Shown: piece after piece, positions 10,703 through 20,416 of the stretch
Numbering within the stretch: the stretch's first letter is position 1
Layout of the letters: each line of letters begins with the position of its first letter
Assembly (NCBI RefSeq): GCF_000284455.1
Contig: NC_017039.1
Location: 390,001-422,000, forward strand
Source: Synechocystis sp. PCC 6803 substr. PCC-P
GTDB taxonomy: Bacteria > Cyanobacteriota > Cyanobacteriia > Cyanobacteriales > Microcystaceae
Length of the DNA: 32,000 bases
Direction of reading: 5' to 3'
Position numbers and translations under genes: made by a program
The notes under the pieces: model-generated
Database searches by the model: none
What the model saw: only the letters and a program-made list of their open reading frames with translations
Told to the model about the DNA's origin: nothing

Positions 10703-10821
10703 TTAACCTTTTAACCTCGGGGGAACGACGGCACAAAAATCCCCCTAAAATCCTAGCAAAGTTGGGCAACCTTTCCGGATTCTGGGGGTTAACTGTACTT
10801 TTGGGTTGAGCCAATCAGCGC

Positions 10822-12150
10822 CTAGTCTTCAAACGCAATCTCCACCCCTTTCTCGGTTTGACCATGTTCAACAATATCGAGCCCCACTTTTTCCTGGGAC
10901 GGTTTTACCCGTAATATGCCCCAAAGATCCATGACGTAGAAGAGGAAAAACATGGTGATGAAGGCCCAAAAGGGAATCACCAAGGAGCCGACGATTTGAG
11001 CGCTAAGTTTATGTTCAACGTTGGTGCTAAAAATACCCACGGCGATACCGCCCCAAATGCCGCATAAACCGTGGACAGGCCAAGCGCCCACCCCATCGTC
11101 AATGCGTAGACGGTCCAACAGCTTAGTGCCCAGCACCGACAAAATGCCTGCCACTACACCAATGGCGATCGCCGACCAATTACTAACGGTGTCACAACCG
11201 GCGGTAATGCCCACCAAGCCGCCCAAAATACCATTCAGGGTTACCAGCAAATTAGGTTTGCGCTTATTCTCAGTAATCCAGTCAAAGGCCAAGGCCGCCA
11301 ATCCCCCCGCTGCTGCGGACAGAGTGGTGTTCACCGCAATTAACATAGTTGTATTGGTATTTAAAGCCCCCACAAAGGCTAATTGACTACCGGGATTAAA
11401 GCCATACCAGCCCACCCAGAGAATAAACACCCCCAGGGAACTGGATGTAATCCCCTGATAACCCAGACTATTAATTTTGTTGCCCTCAAAACGACCAATA
11501 CGAGGTCCCATTACCACCACCGCCGCCAGGGCTGCAAAGCCTCCCACGGAATGCACCAGAAGAGAACCAGCAAAGTCGTGGAAACCCAATTTATCAAGCC
11601 AACCCCCTCCCCACTTCCAATGGCCACTGATGGGATAGACCAACCCGGTAATCACGGCGGAGTAAATTAGATAGGCTTTGAAATACATCCTCCCCATCAC
11701 CGCCCCGGACACAATGGTGGCCGCCGTAGCTGCAAAGGCTGCCTGGAACAACCAATCCACCTGGGGACTAAGCCCTTCGACATTATCCAGATTATTGGTG
11801 ATGCCAAAGCCACCCCAGCCAAAAAAGCCGCCCAACACCGGGTTTTCGCCGTACATGAGGCTGTAGCCAAAAAGGAAATAAAGTAACACTCCCACACAAA
11901 CATCAAAAGTGTTTTTAAACAGCACATTAACTGTGTTTTTGTGGGAAGACAGCCCGGCTTCCAACATGGCAAAGCCAGCCTGCATGAACAGTACTAAAAC
12001 TGCTGCAGCTAGTAAGAATAGATTATTGATTGCATAGGTAACTTCTGCAATGGAAGTGGTTTCCGTTTGGGCTTGGGCCACCCCGACAAATAAAAATGCC
12101 AGCATGGCGCCCAGGACATAACGAGCAAGGGGAAAATTTTTCGGTTTCAT
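10822..12150 (-). CDS. amt: Ammonium transporter, Amt family
   Basis: 442 aa; N-terminal signal-like segment, MQAGFAMLEAGL, HSVGGFAALAAVVVMGPR, VGWYGFNPGS, DDGVGAWPVHGLCGIWGG. Confidence 0.96.
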   Translation of the reverse strand: MKPKNFPLARYVLGAMLAFLFVGVAQAQTETTSIAEVTYAINNLFLLAAAVLVLFMQAGFAMLEAGLSSHKNTVNVLFKNTFDVCVGVLLYFLFGYSLMYGENPVLGGFFGWGGFGITNNLDNVEGLSPQVDWLFQAAFAATAATIVSGAVMGRMYFKAYLIYSAVITGLVYPISGHWKWGGGWLDKLGFHDFAGSLLVHSVGGFAALAAVVVMGPRIGRFEGNKINSLGYQGITSSSLGVFILWVGWYGFNPGSQLAFVGALNTNTTMLIAVNTTLSAAAGGLAALAFDWITENKRKPNLLVTLNGILGGLVGITAGCDTVSNWSAIAIGVVAGILSVLGTKLLDRLRIDDGVGAWPVHGLCGIWGGIAVGIFSTNVEHKLSAQIVGSLVIPFWAFITMFFLFYVMDLWGILRVKPSQEKVGLDIVEHGQTEKGVEIAFED

Positions 12151-12391
12151 CGCCTATACTAAATCAACTCCCTGGAAAAGTGAAATTTTTCTCAAGATGG
12201 CATCTTAGGAGGGAATGAATTGTTCACTGCCAACTTTTGTTACTGTTTGTCCACAATTTGCCGGCCCGGGAAAAGCAGTACTCTGATGATATTTGGGCTC
12301 CAATCTAGTGGAACGAGGAAGTGCACGGTACACTGAAAAAGAGGGGAATGAATCCTCTTCTGCAAAGCATTAGCATCGGCAGTAACGCTCT

Positions 12392-13534
12392 ATGGGAACA
12401 GCTTCCCTTCTGGTGGCAGATGACGATCCCGATAATTTCGACGTTATCGATGCCCTCTTAGCGGACCAGGGTTATGAACTCAACTACGCCGATAGTGGCC
12501 AACGAGCTATTGACAATCTAGATACCTTTCAGCCGGACCTCCTGTTGCTTGATGTCATGATGCCGGGGCTAAGTGGCGTTGAAGTTTGTCGGATGATTCG
12601 TGCTTCGGCTCGGTGGCATGCCCTGCCAATTATTATGGTGACGGCCCTGGATAGTAAACTTAGCTTGGCTAATTGTTTGGCGGCGGGGGCAGATGATTTT
12701 ATCTCCAAGCCCTTGAACGGATTGGAGTTACAGGCCCGTATCCAGGCCATGTTGCGACTGAAGCACCAGTATGATGCTTTGGGCAATTTGCTGCAACAAC
12801 GGGAATCAATGGTGCACATGATTGTCCACGATTTACGCAATCCCCTCACTAATCTGATTTTGGGGATACAGGTTTTGCAGAGGAGTCATTCTGATGCTCC
12901 CTTGCCCCCGGAAAGACTTGATCGCCTGCTCCAGGCCGGGCAACAAATCCAGCATTTAGTGGATGATATGTTGGTGGTGTCTAAACAGGAACATGGCAAG
13001 ATTCGTCTGGACTATCAAGAAGTCGACCTGTTGGCATTAATGGGGACTGTGCTGGATGATTACGAGGCGATCGCCAGCCAAAAACAATTAACCCTGGTAC
13101 GGACATGGGAAAATAAGCCCTTAGTTGCAAAAATAGATCCCCCCATTTTTCAGCGTATTATTAGTAACTTGCTCAGCAATGCGATTAAGTTTTCCCCCAC
13201 GGGCGCAAAGGTGGAGGTGGCGATCATAACGGAAGATAAGGATAAAGTCACCATCTGCTTCATTGACCAAGGGCCAGGTATTAAGGACGAACTTAAGCTC
13301 AAAATTTTTGAGCCCTATGAAGTGGGCACCATCATGCCCAACATTGCCCAAATTGGCTTGGGTCTGGCATTCTGTAAGATGATGAGCGAAGCCCATGGCG
13401 GTGCCATCACAGTCCAAGATAATCAGCCCAGGGGAGCGATGTTTTCCCTGACATTGCCCCAGCATCCTCCGGTGCCATTCGGTTGGATGCCCCATGACCA
13501 ATGGAGAGGAGCAGCGGTGGATATCGGGAAATAA
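12392..13534 (+). CDS. Response regulator receiver-histidine kinase hybrid (REC-HisKA-HATPase_c)
   Basis: 380 aa; receiver LLVADDDPDNFDV..PDLLLLDVMMPG..MVTALDS..DFISKPL, H-box MIVHDLRNPLTNL, N-box ISNLLSNAIKFSP, G-box GLGLAFCKMMSEAHGG. Confidence 0.93.
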   Translation: MGTASLLVADDDPDNFDVIDALLADQGYELNYADSGQRAIDNLDTFQPDLLLLDVMMPGLSGVEVCRMIRASARWHALPIIMVTALDSKLSLANCLAAGADDFISKPLNGLELQARIQAMLRLKHQYDALGNLLQQRESMVHMIVHDLRNPLTNLILGIQVLQRSHSDAPLPPERLDRLLQAGQQIQHLVDDMLVVSKQEHGKIRLDYQEVDLLALMGTVLDDYEAIASQKQLTLVRTWENKPLVAKIDPPIFQRIISNLLSNAIKFSPTGAKVEVAIITEDKDKVTICFIDQGPGIKDELKLKIFEPYEVGTIMPNIAQIGLGLAFCKMMSEAHGGAITVQDNQPRGAMFSLTLPQHPPVPFGWMPHDQWRGAAVDIGK

Positions 13535-13653
13535 ATGGGCCACAGGATCACCAAGGTCAATCTTGACCAAGGGCCAATGGGTTTAGATTAGATTGATTCA
13601 CAATTTGACAAAAGTACTAGCAACAACCATGCCAGCGGAGGGCAGATTTTATT

Positions 13654-14529
13654 ATGTTTAAGCATTGCCTCATTTGTACCGACTTTTCTGATGGACTACA
13701 ACGACTAGCGGGCTTTGTAGAAGAACTTTCCCTCTCTGGCATCACTAAACTAATTTTTCTCCACACCGTCTCCGTTTGGGAGGATGAACACATAGCCGAT
13801 GTGGACGAAAGCAAACTGAAGGAAGCCAAAACCTATCTGGAGTCCTTGGTGGGTCAGGTGCCTCCAGGGATAGAGGTCAAAGTAGAAGTATCCTCCGTGC
13901 GGTATGTGGACTTGGTAAACCAGTTGGTGGAGCAGGAAGCCATTGATCTGATTATTAATGGCATGCCGGTGCGGAGTAACTTAGAGTCAAAACTGTTCGG
14001 CAGCCATACCCTTTCCTTGGCGAAATCTACCAAAGTGCCGGTGATGATTTTACGCCCCCAATTGGTCAGCACTTACACCGTTGAAGAAATGGCTTTGCGG
14101 TGCCAACATCTCTGGCGCAATTTACTAGTGCCCTACGATGCTAGTTCTGCGGGTAATTATTTAATAGAAAGATTAAAAAGTGCCTTGGAAAAGGCTCCCC
14201 CCGGTAAGGTTGAGTCCTGTTACTTCCTCTCCATTTTGGAAGATGGTATGCGCCGTCCAGAACTGTTAGAAATCCGCCGTCAGGAGGCGGAAGCCAAGCT
14301 AGCGGAAATCAAACAACAATTTAGCCCCCTGGTGCCGAATATTATTACCGAAGTGCGCCATGGTAGCCCTGTGCAGGAAATTCTCGACACTGCCTTTGTC
14401 AATGACATTACGGCGATCGCCGTGGCCAGCCGCCGAGCTACGCTATTAGATTGGACAGTACCTAGTTTGACGGATAGTATTTTGAACCGCAGTTGGTTTC
14501 CCCTCCTGTTTTTCTCTCCCAAAGGTTAA
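13654..14529 (+). CDS. Tandem universal stress protein (two UspA domains)
   Basis: 291 aa; MFKHCLICTDFSDGLQRL..KLIFLHTVSV..DLIINGMPVRSNLESKLFGSHTLSLAKSTKVPVMIL, then RNLLVPYDASSAG..VNDITAIAVASRRATLLDWTVPSLTDSILNRS. Confidence 0.88.
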   Translation: MFKHCLICTDFSDGLQRLAGFVEELSLSGITKLIFLHTVSVWEDEHIADVDESKLKEAKTYLESLVGQVPPGIEVKVEVSSVRYVDLVNQLVEQEAIDLIINGMPVRSNLESKLFGSHTLSLAKSTKVPVMILRPQLVSTYTVEEMALRCQHLWRNLLVPYDASSAGNYLIERLKSALEKAPPGKVESCYFLSILEDGMRRPELLEIRRQEAEAKLAEIKQQFSPLVPNIITEVRHGSPVQEILDTAFVNDITAIAVASRRATLLDWTVPSLTDSILNRSWFPLLFFSPKG

Positions 14530-14585
14530 CCACAGTTAGAACGAACAGAGTCTAGCCTGCTGGATTTCCCGACATCACATATACG

Positions 14586-14622
14586 AAAAAATCCCCACCT
14601 CTGCAAAATTAGGAGTGGGGAT
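14586..14622 (-). terminator. Rho-independent terminator for the nuclease gene
   Basis: On the minus strand, ATCCCCAC...GTGGGGAT (8-bp stem: 14615..14622 and 14591..14598) is followed by a run of T's (A tract 14586..14591 on the + strand), about 25 nt after the stop at 14647. Confidence 0.8.
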
Positions 14623-14646
14623 ATTACTTGTGGGAAAACTAGGAGC

Positions 14647-17600
14647 TTAAATTACAGCATTCAGATCAACACCAAAAATGCCAGCCTGGGCGATCGCCTG
14701 GGGAGAACCAGCTTCAAACACACTGGAGGAAATCCAGTTCCAGTCAGCACTAGAGTTCCAAACACCAATTTGATTAGTGTTGAGGTTTTGCCACAGCACT
14801 TGGTTAACCCCTTGTACAGTTTCCGCCGCTAGGGCTTGCCAGTTACCGAGGTTGTTGTCAAAGGCTTCCCCAAGGTATTTGATTGGTGTGGTTAAATCAT
14901 CCCCAGATTGGACGTAGTAATTACCCAAGATGCCTTCCAGGAGAGTTGTAGAACCTTGGTTTTCCACGGTCGTCAGGCGATCGCCAAGGAGGTCATCGTT
15001 GTTGATGTCAATCTGGAAGGTAACTTCTGCTTCCAGAGTATTGAAGGAATTGGTAGGCCAAGTTTGCGAAGAAATCCAGTTCCAGTTGGAGTCGGCATTC
15101 CAAACACCAATCTGACCAAGGTTGGGATTTTGCCAAAGCACTTGATTGATGCCATTGACCGTTTCTGCTTCCAAAATTTGCCAATTGCCAAAGGTGCCAC
15201 TGGCAAAGGGTTGATTGTTAAATTTAAGCTGTACTTCATCACCCCCAGGAAGTAGGACAAAGAAGAAGCCATTTTCGGCCATTACGCCAATTTCGTTGGC
15301 GATCGGCTCAACGGGGGAAGCAAGGTTAAGGCCGACAATTATGGGGTCATGGTCTGAGGAGCGATAGGGAACCGTACCATCAAAAATATTGACATCCCGC
15401 CCAAAGTCGAGGTTGTAGTCCAGGGCATCTGCTTCATCGGCGTTGATCCCCCATTCTGTTGCGCCAGTTACCTGTGCTGCCAAGCTAGCACTGGCAAAGG
15501 CATAGTCCAGGGTACCGGTTTGACCATCAAAGACATAGGACGTATTGGTCCCGCCACTGAACTGGGCCCCGAGATTGACATAACCAGCGCTTTCCAGAGC
15601 TTTAATGGGATCTTCCTGGGCGTAGGCATTATAGTCACCTAAAAGCAGATAATCCGAATCATTTACCCCGGTGGGATTGGTATTGAGCCATGTCACTAAC
15701 TCCTGGGCAGCTTTGGTGCGGGTATCGTTCCAGAAGCCCTGACCATCATTTTGATCAGAATCGGGATTACCGGCATCGCCAGCAGTTAAACCGGAAGCAC
15801 CTTTGGATTTAAAGTGATTGACCACTGCGGTGAAGGTTTCACCCGTAACTAAATCCCGGAAGGTTTGGGCCACCGTTGGACGGTTGCGGTTTTCGCCAGT
15901 GTTATTGGGGTCAAGGAAAGCCTGGGTATTTAAAATGGCAGCATCCCCGACCAGACTGACCGCACTAACTTTGTAAATCAGACCAACGGCGATCGCATCG
16001 GTGCCAAGAAACTGAGTACCGGGATTGACCCAATTGTAAGTTCCTGCGCCGGCCACCGCATTAAGCTCATTAACCAAGTTTTCAATAGCATTGCCACTGG
16101 AGCCGGGGAGAAAATCATTTTCTAGTTCCGCTAGGCCTAACACATCGGCATCGATCGCCAGTAAGGCGGTAACCAGTTTGTCCGTTTGGCGATCAAATTC
16201 CGCAGTGGTGTCTGCCCCACGGGGATCTTGACCAATGGCCGTGCTTACACCGGACAGGTCGATGGTCTTGAAGTAGTTGAGGACATTGAAGCCCGTTACC
16301 TTCAGGGAACCGCCAACATTTTCTGGTGTGACAGGGCGATCGTTCACCTTAGTAAACTGATTTGTCCCATCTACAGCAGAGCGCACCCGCCAAGTAGCTC
16401 CACTGGAAGCGTTACCTGCCCACTGGTAGCTGAGAACGCCAGTGAGGTTATTGATTGTGTCGCCCATGCGAATATCACTAGCGGTGCTGAAGCTGGAACC
16501 AAAACCATCCAGATTGCTAATTTCTGCGTTCTGCACACTCAGGCCATCATCGTAGGTAATGGTGCGAGCACCGATTTCCTCTCGGTATGCCCCATAGCCT
16601 GCCACATTAGCATCATTAAACTGGGTGAATTGTTGGGGACGACCGCCTTGGCTGAGTTTGATTTCATTAAAGCGATCGAGATTAAACATTTCCGTAATCG
16701 TCAGGGTATCAGTGAATTTCACCAACATCCCTTCAAAAGCTTCCAGATCGGGCTGGGGCGTTCCCCCCTGACTCTCGGTGGTACCGGCAGTGGGCAGGGT
16801 AATATTCGCAGCGGTCGGTAAGGTGTTGCCGGAACTAATTACCGTGATGTTGGTGATCGTATCAATCTGAGTTTCACCAAAGAATTCATCAACGGTTCCT
16901 GTAATTTGAACCTTGTCGCCAACGTTAACATCGGTAATGAAGTTGCCGTTCTCAAAGATGAAAATCCCTTCTGAAGTAGCAACATTCCCATCAACATCTG
17001 CATCTTCTTCCTGAACGTAGAAGCCCCGCAGATTGCGACTGATATCCCCATCTCCGTCTTGGAAGTCTCCCACCACGATCGCCTCAATCGTCACAACATT
17101 GTTGACTAAGGGACTCGCAGTACCAGTGCCTTGAATCTCATGGATTTTAACTATAGTGGGATCGACACCTGTGATGTAGATACTGGGGTTACCGATATCA
17201 CCCCCCGTTGAGGCGTAGGAGTTTTGGGCATCATCTACTGAAGACAGCACCCAATCGGCATCAATTTCCTGATCTGCTAATTGGTCAGCCGATATCCAGC
17301 CACTGGAATTTTGAGTACGGATGGTGCCAGAAAAATCTTGATCTCCGTAGGTGAGACGATCTACTAAGTTACCGGTAGCATCGTACAGGTTAATTTCATC
17401 ACTACGACCTAAATTTTGGCTAAGTCCTCCAATAATTTTAGCTGTTGCCGGCAAGTTCCAAGCTGTTCGGAATGTCTCGGCGTCTGCCTCCGTTAAAATC
17501 ACCGACTCACCCGGTTGCACTACCCCAAAAGCACTCAGGTCAACTGAACCTGCAACTCGCCCACTGTCGGAAAAACTCCAACCTGTCATATCCACAGACG

Positions 17601-20304
17601 ACGTATCAATGTTGGTAAACTCGATAAATTCGCCGTCAGCGCCAGAGTACATAAACTCAGTAATTTGGAGCCTGGAGACGGTAATGGGAGTGTCATTGTC
17701 CTCGATGTTTACCGTAGCGCTGGAGGCACTGGTAGCCACATCATAATTGGCTGTGTCCGTTAGGGTGATTACGATGGACTCTGTGGATTCGATAATCACG
17801 TCATCAATGGGATTAATCGAGATCTTGACTTGGGACTGACCCGCCGGAATCGTTACTGTTGTGGGATCAATGGCAGCGTAGTCCGTACCGTTAGCCGCAT
17901 CGCCGCTAATGCTATAGGTCACATCCAAGGCGGTTGAGGTATCACCTGTGCGGAGAATGGTGAACTCCCCCGGAGTGGGGCCATTTTCGGAACCTGTAGC
18001 TCCTGTGGCTGCAATTCCCACCGTTGTATTTGAGCTGACAGAGCCGGCGATCGCCCCCGGGGAACCGTTTAAAATAACGCCTTCACCGGCATCAATCACA
18101 CTGAAGGCTCCATTGCTACCCACGGTACTTAGGTTAGCGACGCTGGGGTTGCCGAGGGCATTATCGAATGTGCTAAAGGGAGAGGTGGATGGAGATGAGC
18201 CAAAGGTTACCCCTGTGATTAGTGAACCCGTGGCATCAAATAAATTAATCGCATCTCCACCAGTGCCCAAACCGGGCCCACCGTAGGTACCGATCGCCAA
18301 GCCAGCGGGGGCTGTCCCACCAAACCAAAGATCAATAAAGGCGGTGATCGTGTTGGCATCACCATCCACAAAGACCACCGATTGACCCGGGGCAATGTTG
18401 GTTACACCAGCAAGGGCGGAAGCATTGGCAAAGCTGGCGGAATCGTCATCAACCTTCCAGCCTGTGATGTCAATTGCATTGGCACCAGTATTGGTGACTT
18501 CAAACCAGTCTGCCCCCACAGAGCTATTACCACTGGACCAGGGTGCAACCTCAGAGATAATTAGGTCGGAAATTCCGGCAGTATTAGTAATATCAAGGGT
18601 GAAGGTGGTGATGGCATCGGGAGTATTGCCCAGGGTCGCATCATCCACGGCGATCGTCACTTCATAACTGGATTGGGTGGAAAAATCTAGAACAGTACCA
18701 GCCTTAAGGAACAACCCATTCCCGACAATTTCAAAGTTGCTAGCATCGGCTCCCGATAAACTCAACGTATTGGTTCCCAGGGAATCATCACCAATAATAA
18801 TATTGCCGAGTTTAATCGCCGAGGTGGTATTAGCATTTTCCAATAAATTATTTACTCCATTGGCCACACTGACCGTCACCGGAGCCGCATTGTTGAAGAC
18901 ATAGTCCGCAGGGGCATAAACCCACACTTGGGGATGATTCCCATCGCCGCCGCCGCTTTCACTGGTGATGTAGAGCAGGCCATCATTGTCTAGGGTTACT
19001 CCCTCAAAACCTTGGTTTGTGACCGATAGGGGGTTATCGGCATCGGCATTAATCACCAATTCACTCAGGATATTACCGGAGCGATCAACTTCCACCAACC
19101 TGCCATCTTCCTGACCCAGCACCAGCAAATTGTTGGCGATCGCCCCACTGACAAAGCTGGAATTAGCCAGGGCAAAGACATCGGCAATATCGGTCATCCC
19201 GAGGAGAGCCGGATCAAATAAATTGCTGGAGTCCTGTGTGGTAGGAGAACCATTGCTGGCTGTACCGGCACCGAAATCAATGGTGGTTTGGAAAATGCCT
19301 TGGGGATTAACTTCCTTGACGAAAATAAAACCACCGGTTACGGGATCTTTGGAAACTCCTTCTAAACCAATGTTGCCCACCGTGGTGCCCAAGGTGACCG
19401 CCTGGACATCGGCCCGGCTTAGGGTTCCTCCCGCCGCATAGGTAAATAGATTGGCTTGGCGTAGCCGCTCTTCCACCAGCACAAACTGACCATTGCCCAC
19501 GTAGGTTAATCCTTCGGGGTCAGCAAAGTCCCCCGCCGTCAAGGTCATGGAGCTTATCAGTTGACCTCGCTTATCAATCTCAACGATCGCCGTTCCTTCA
19601 TCCCCCAACACAAAAAGGGTGTTGGTATCGGGATTGTAGGTAATGGCGGAAACCTCCAGGGCTAGCTCACTGCCAGCAGGGGGGGCCACTGTCCGGGTGG
19701 GAACAGGGAGGTCATAGCGACCAATGCGGACATAGGTAGACAAGTCTAGTCCATTAGTTCCACCAGCACTAAAACTGGCGATCGGCCAAGATGGTGTAGC
19801 AGTTGCATTCACATTTGCCGCGTCATCATCCAGGGCATCTACTCCACTAAAAGTCCACTCAGACGCATTGAAAGTGCTGCTCGGAAGGGCGCCATTGTTG
19901 CGATAGGCCCAACCGTCAAGGTGTTCCCAGGGCCTGCCAGTACCGTCTATACCAATTTCGCCAAATACATCAACAATTGAACCATTTTCAAAAAGAATTA
20001 TTGTATCGTCCCCATTTATATTCGCTACACCATCGGTAAAGTTGGGATTAAACCCAAAAAAGCTATTAAATCCTGATGTCTCACTGGCAACGTAAATGTA
20101 ATCCCCTGCCGTTGCAGAGCCGGAGAGGGTAAATTCTGGGCCGGTGCTCGCATTGCCATTGGTGGCGGCTTCAATGCCATACATACTGAGATCGGCAATG
20201 TCAGCTAGGACGTATAACTCGATCGCCTTCGGGAGTCCACCGGGCAGTGGTCCGTCAATAATACCGGTAATAATTAAGTTAGACACGTCAAAAATCTCCT
20301 CCAA
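14647..20304 (-). CDS. Very large multidomain secreted nuclease (LTD-like, SdiA-regulated/phytase-esterase-like, cadherin-like, Calx-beta, OB-fold-like, endonuclease/exonuclease/phosphatase domain, Trp-rich C-terminal module)
   Basis: 1885 aa. EEP motifs VTGFNVLNYF, DVLGLAELEN, VNHFKSKG, LGDYNAYAQEDP and YRSSDHDPIIVGL. Calx-beta STALDVTYSISGDAANGTDYAAI..VTIPAGQS. Two lamin-tail-like segments (IISEVAPW.., QITEFMYSG..). No evident N-terminal signal peptide. Confidence 0.9.
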   Translation of the reverse strand: MEEIFDVSNLIITGIIDGPLPGGLPKAIELYVLADIADLSMYGIEAATNGNASTGPEFTLSGSATAGDYIYVASETSGFNSFFGFNPNFTDGVANINGDDTIILFENGSIVDVFGEIGIDGTGRPWEHLDGWAYRNNGALPSSTFNASEWTFSGVDALDDDAANVNATATPSWPIASFSAGGTNGLDLSTYVRIGRYDLPVPTRTVAPPAGSELALEVSAITYNPDTNTLFVLGDEGTAIVEIDKRGQLISSMTLTAGDFADPEGLTYVGNGQFVLVEERLRQANLFTYAAGGTLSRADVQAVTLGTTVGNIGLEGVSKDPVTGGFIFVKEVNPQGIFQTTIDFGAGTASNGSPTTQDSSNLFDPALLGMTDIADVFALANSSFVSGAIANNLLVLGQEDGRLVEVDRSGNILSELVINADADNPLSVTNQGFEGVTLDNDGLLYITSESGGGDGNHPQVWVYAPADYVFNNAAPVTVSVANGVNNLLENANTTSAIKLGNIIIGDDSLGTNTLSLSGADASNFEIVGNGLFLKAGTVLDFSTQSSYEVTIAVDDATLGNTPDAITTFTLDITNTAGISDLIISEVAPWSSGNSSVGADWFEVTNTGANAIDITGWKVDDDSASFANASALAGVTNIAPGQSVVFVDGDANTITAFIDLWFGGTAPAGLAIGTYGGPGLGTGGDAINLFDATGSLITGVTFGSSPSTSPFSTFDNALGNPSVANLSTVGSNGAFSVIDAGEGVILNGSPGAIAGSVSSNTTVGIAATGATGSENGPTPGEFTILRTGDTSTALDVTYSISGDAANGTDYAAIDPTTVTIPAGQSQVKISINPIDDVIIESTESIVITLTDTANYDVATSASSATVNIEDNDTPITVSRLQITEFMYSGADGEFIEFTNIDTSSVDMTGWSFSDSGRVAGSVDLSAFGVVQPGESVILTEADAETFRTAWNLPATAKIIGGLSQNLGRSDEINLYDATGNLVDRLTYGDQDFSGTIRTQNSSGWISADQLADQEIDADWVLSSVDDAQNSYASTGGDIGNPSIYITGVDPTIVKIHEIQGTGTASPLVNNVVTIEAIVVGDFQDGDGDISRNLRGFYVQEEDADVDGNVATSEGIFIFENGNFITDVNVGDKVQITGTVDEFFGETQIDTITNITVISSGNTLPTAANITLPTAGTTESQGGTPQPDLEAFEGMLVKFTDTLTITEMFNLDRFNEIKLSQGGRPQQFTQFNDANVAGYGAYREEIGARTITYDDGLSVQNAEISNLDGFGSSFSTASDIRMGDTINNLTGVLSYQWAGNASSGATWRVRSAVDGTNQFTKVNDRPVTPENVGGSLKVTGFNVLNYFKTIDLSGVSTAIGQDPRGADTTAEFDRQTDKLVTALLAIDADVLGLAELENDFLPGSSGNAIENLVNELNAVAGAGTYNWVNPGTQFLGTDAIAVGLIYKVSAVSLVGDAAILNTQAFLDPNNTGENRNRPTVAQTFRDLVTGETFTAVVNHFKSKGASGLTAGDAGNPDSDQNDGQGFWNDTRTKAAQELVTWLNTNPTGVNDSDYLLLGDYNAYAQEDPIKALESAGYVNLGAQFSGGTNTSYVFDGQTGTLDYAFASASLAAQVTGATEWGINADEADALDYNLDFGRDVNIFDGTVPYRSSDHDPIIVGLNLASPVEPIANEIGVMAENGFFFVLLPGGDEVQLKFNNQPFASGTFGNWQILEAETVNGINQVLWQNPNLGQIGVWNADSNWNWISSQTWPTNSFNTLEAEVTFQIDINNDDLLGDRLTTVENQGSTTLLEGILGNYYVQSGDDLTTPIKYLGEAFDNNLGNWQALAAETVQGVNQVLWQNLNTNQIGVWNSSADWNWISSSVFEAGSPQAIAQAGIFGVDLNAVI
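14671..15315. repeat. Near-identical direct repeat copy A (Trp-rich C-terminal module coding region)
   Basis: Aligns without gaps at constant offset 5791 to 20462..21106; encoded proteins differ at only a handful of about 210 residues. Confidence 0.95.
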
Positions 20305-20356
20305 TAGTAGTCAAGTTCTAAGTGAAAATGTCAGTTAATGTGGGCAAAACGGAAAA

Positions 20357-20393
20357 CTCCCTGGTTATTAAGCTAAAAATGCTTGCCAGGGAG
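20357..20393 (-). terminator. Intergenic hairpin between the phosphatase-like gene and the nuclease gene (terminator or processing site)
   Basis: CTCCCTGG (20357..20364) and CCAGGGAG (20386..20393) form a perfect 8-bp stem with an inner AAGC/GCTT stem. The minus strand continues with TTTTCCGTTTT. Confidence 0.55.
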
Positions 20394-20416
20394 TATGGCT
20401 CTAATCGTTTTGATGA

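Noticed and set aside
12151-12391. NtcA site (GTA-N8-TAC) between the Amt gene and the kinase gene
   Set aside because: I looked for the motif because Amt genes are often NtcA-regulated, but saw no good match with correct spacing. An exact scan would be needed.
13121-13570. 149-aa minus-strand ORF opposite the histidine kinase C-terminus
   Set aside because: Fully overlaps the HATPase_c coding region, which has intact N and G boxes; the antisense translation has no recognisable features.
16186-19441. Long plus-strand ORFs antisense to the nuclease gene (211, 131, 112 and 103 aa)
   Set aside because: Ser/Pro/Val-rich translations typical of antisense reading of Thr/Gly/Asp-rich repeats. No domain signatures and no coherent operon.
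20305-20416. A Pho box directly upstream of the nuclease gene
   Set aside because: TTAA-containing stretches occur (CAGTTAATG, TTATTAAGC), but none matches the 8-bp consensus in an 11-bp phased array; only the hairpin is convincing.
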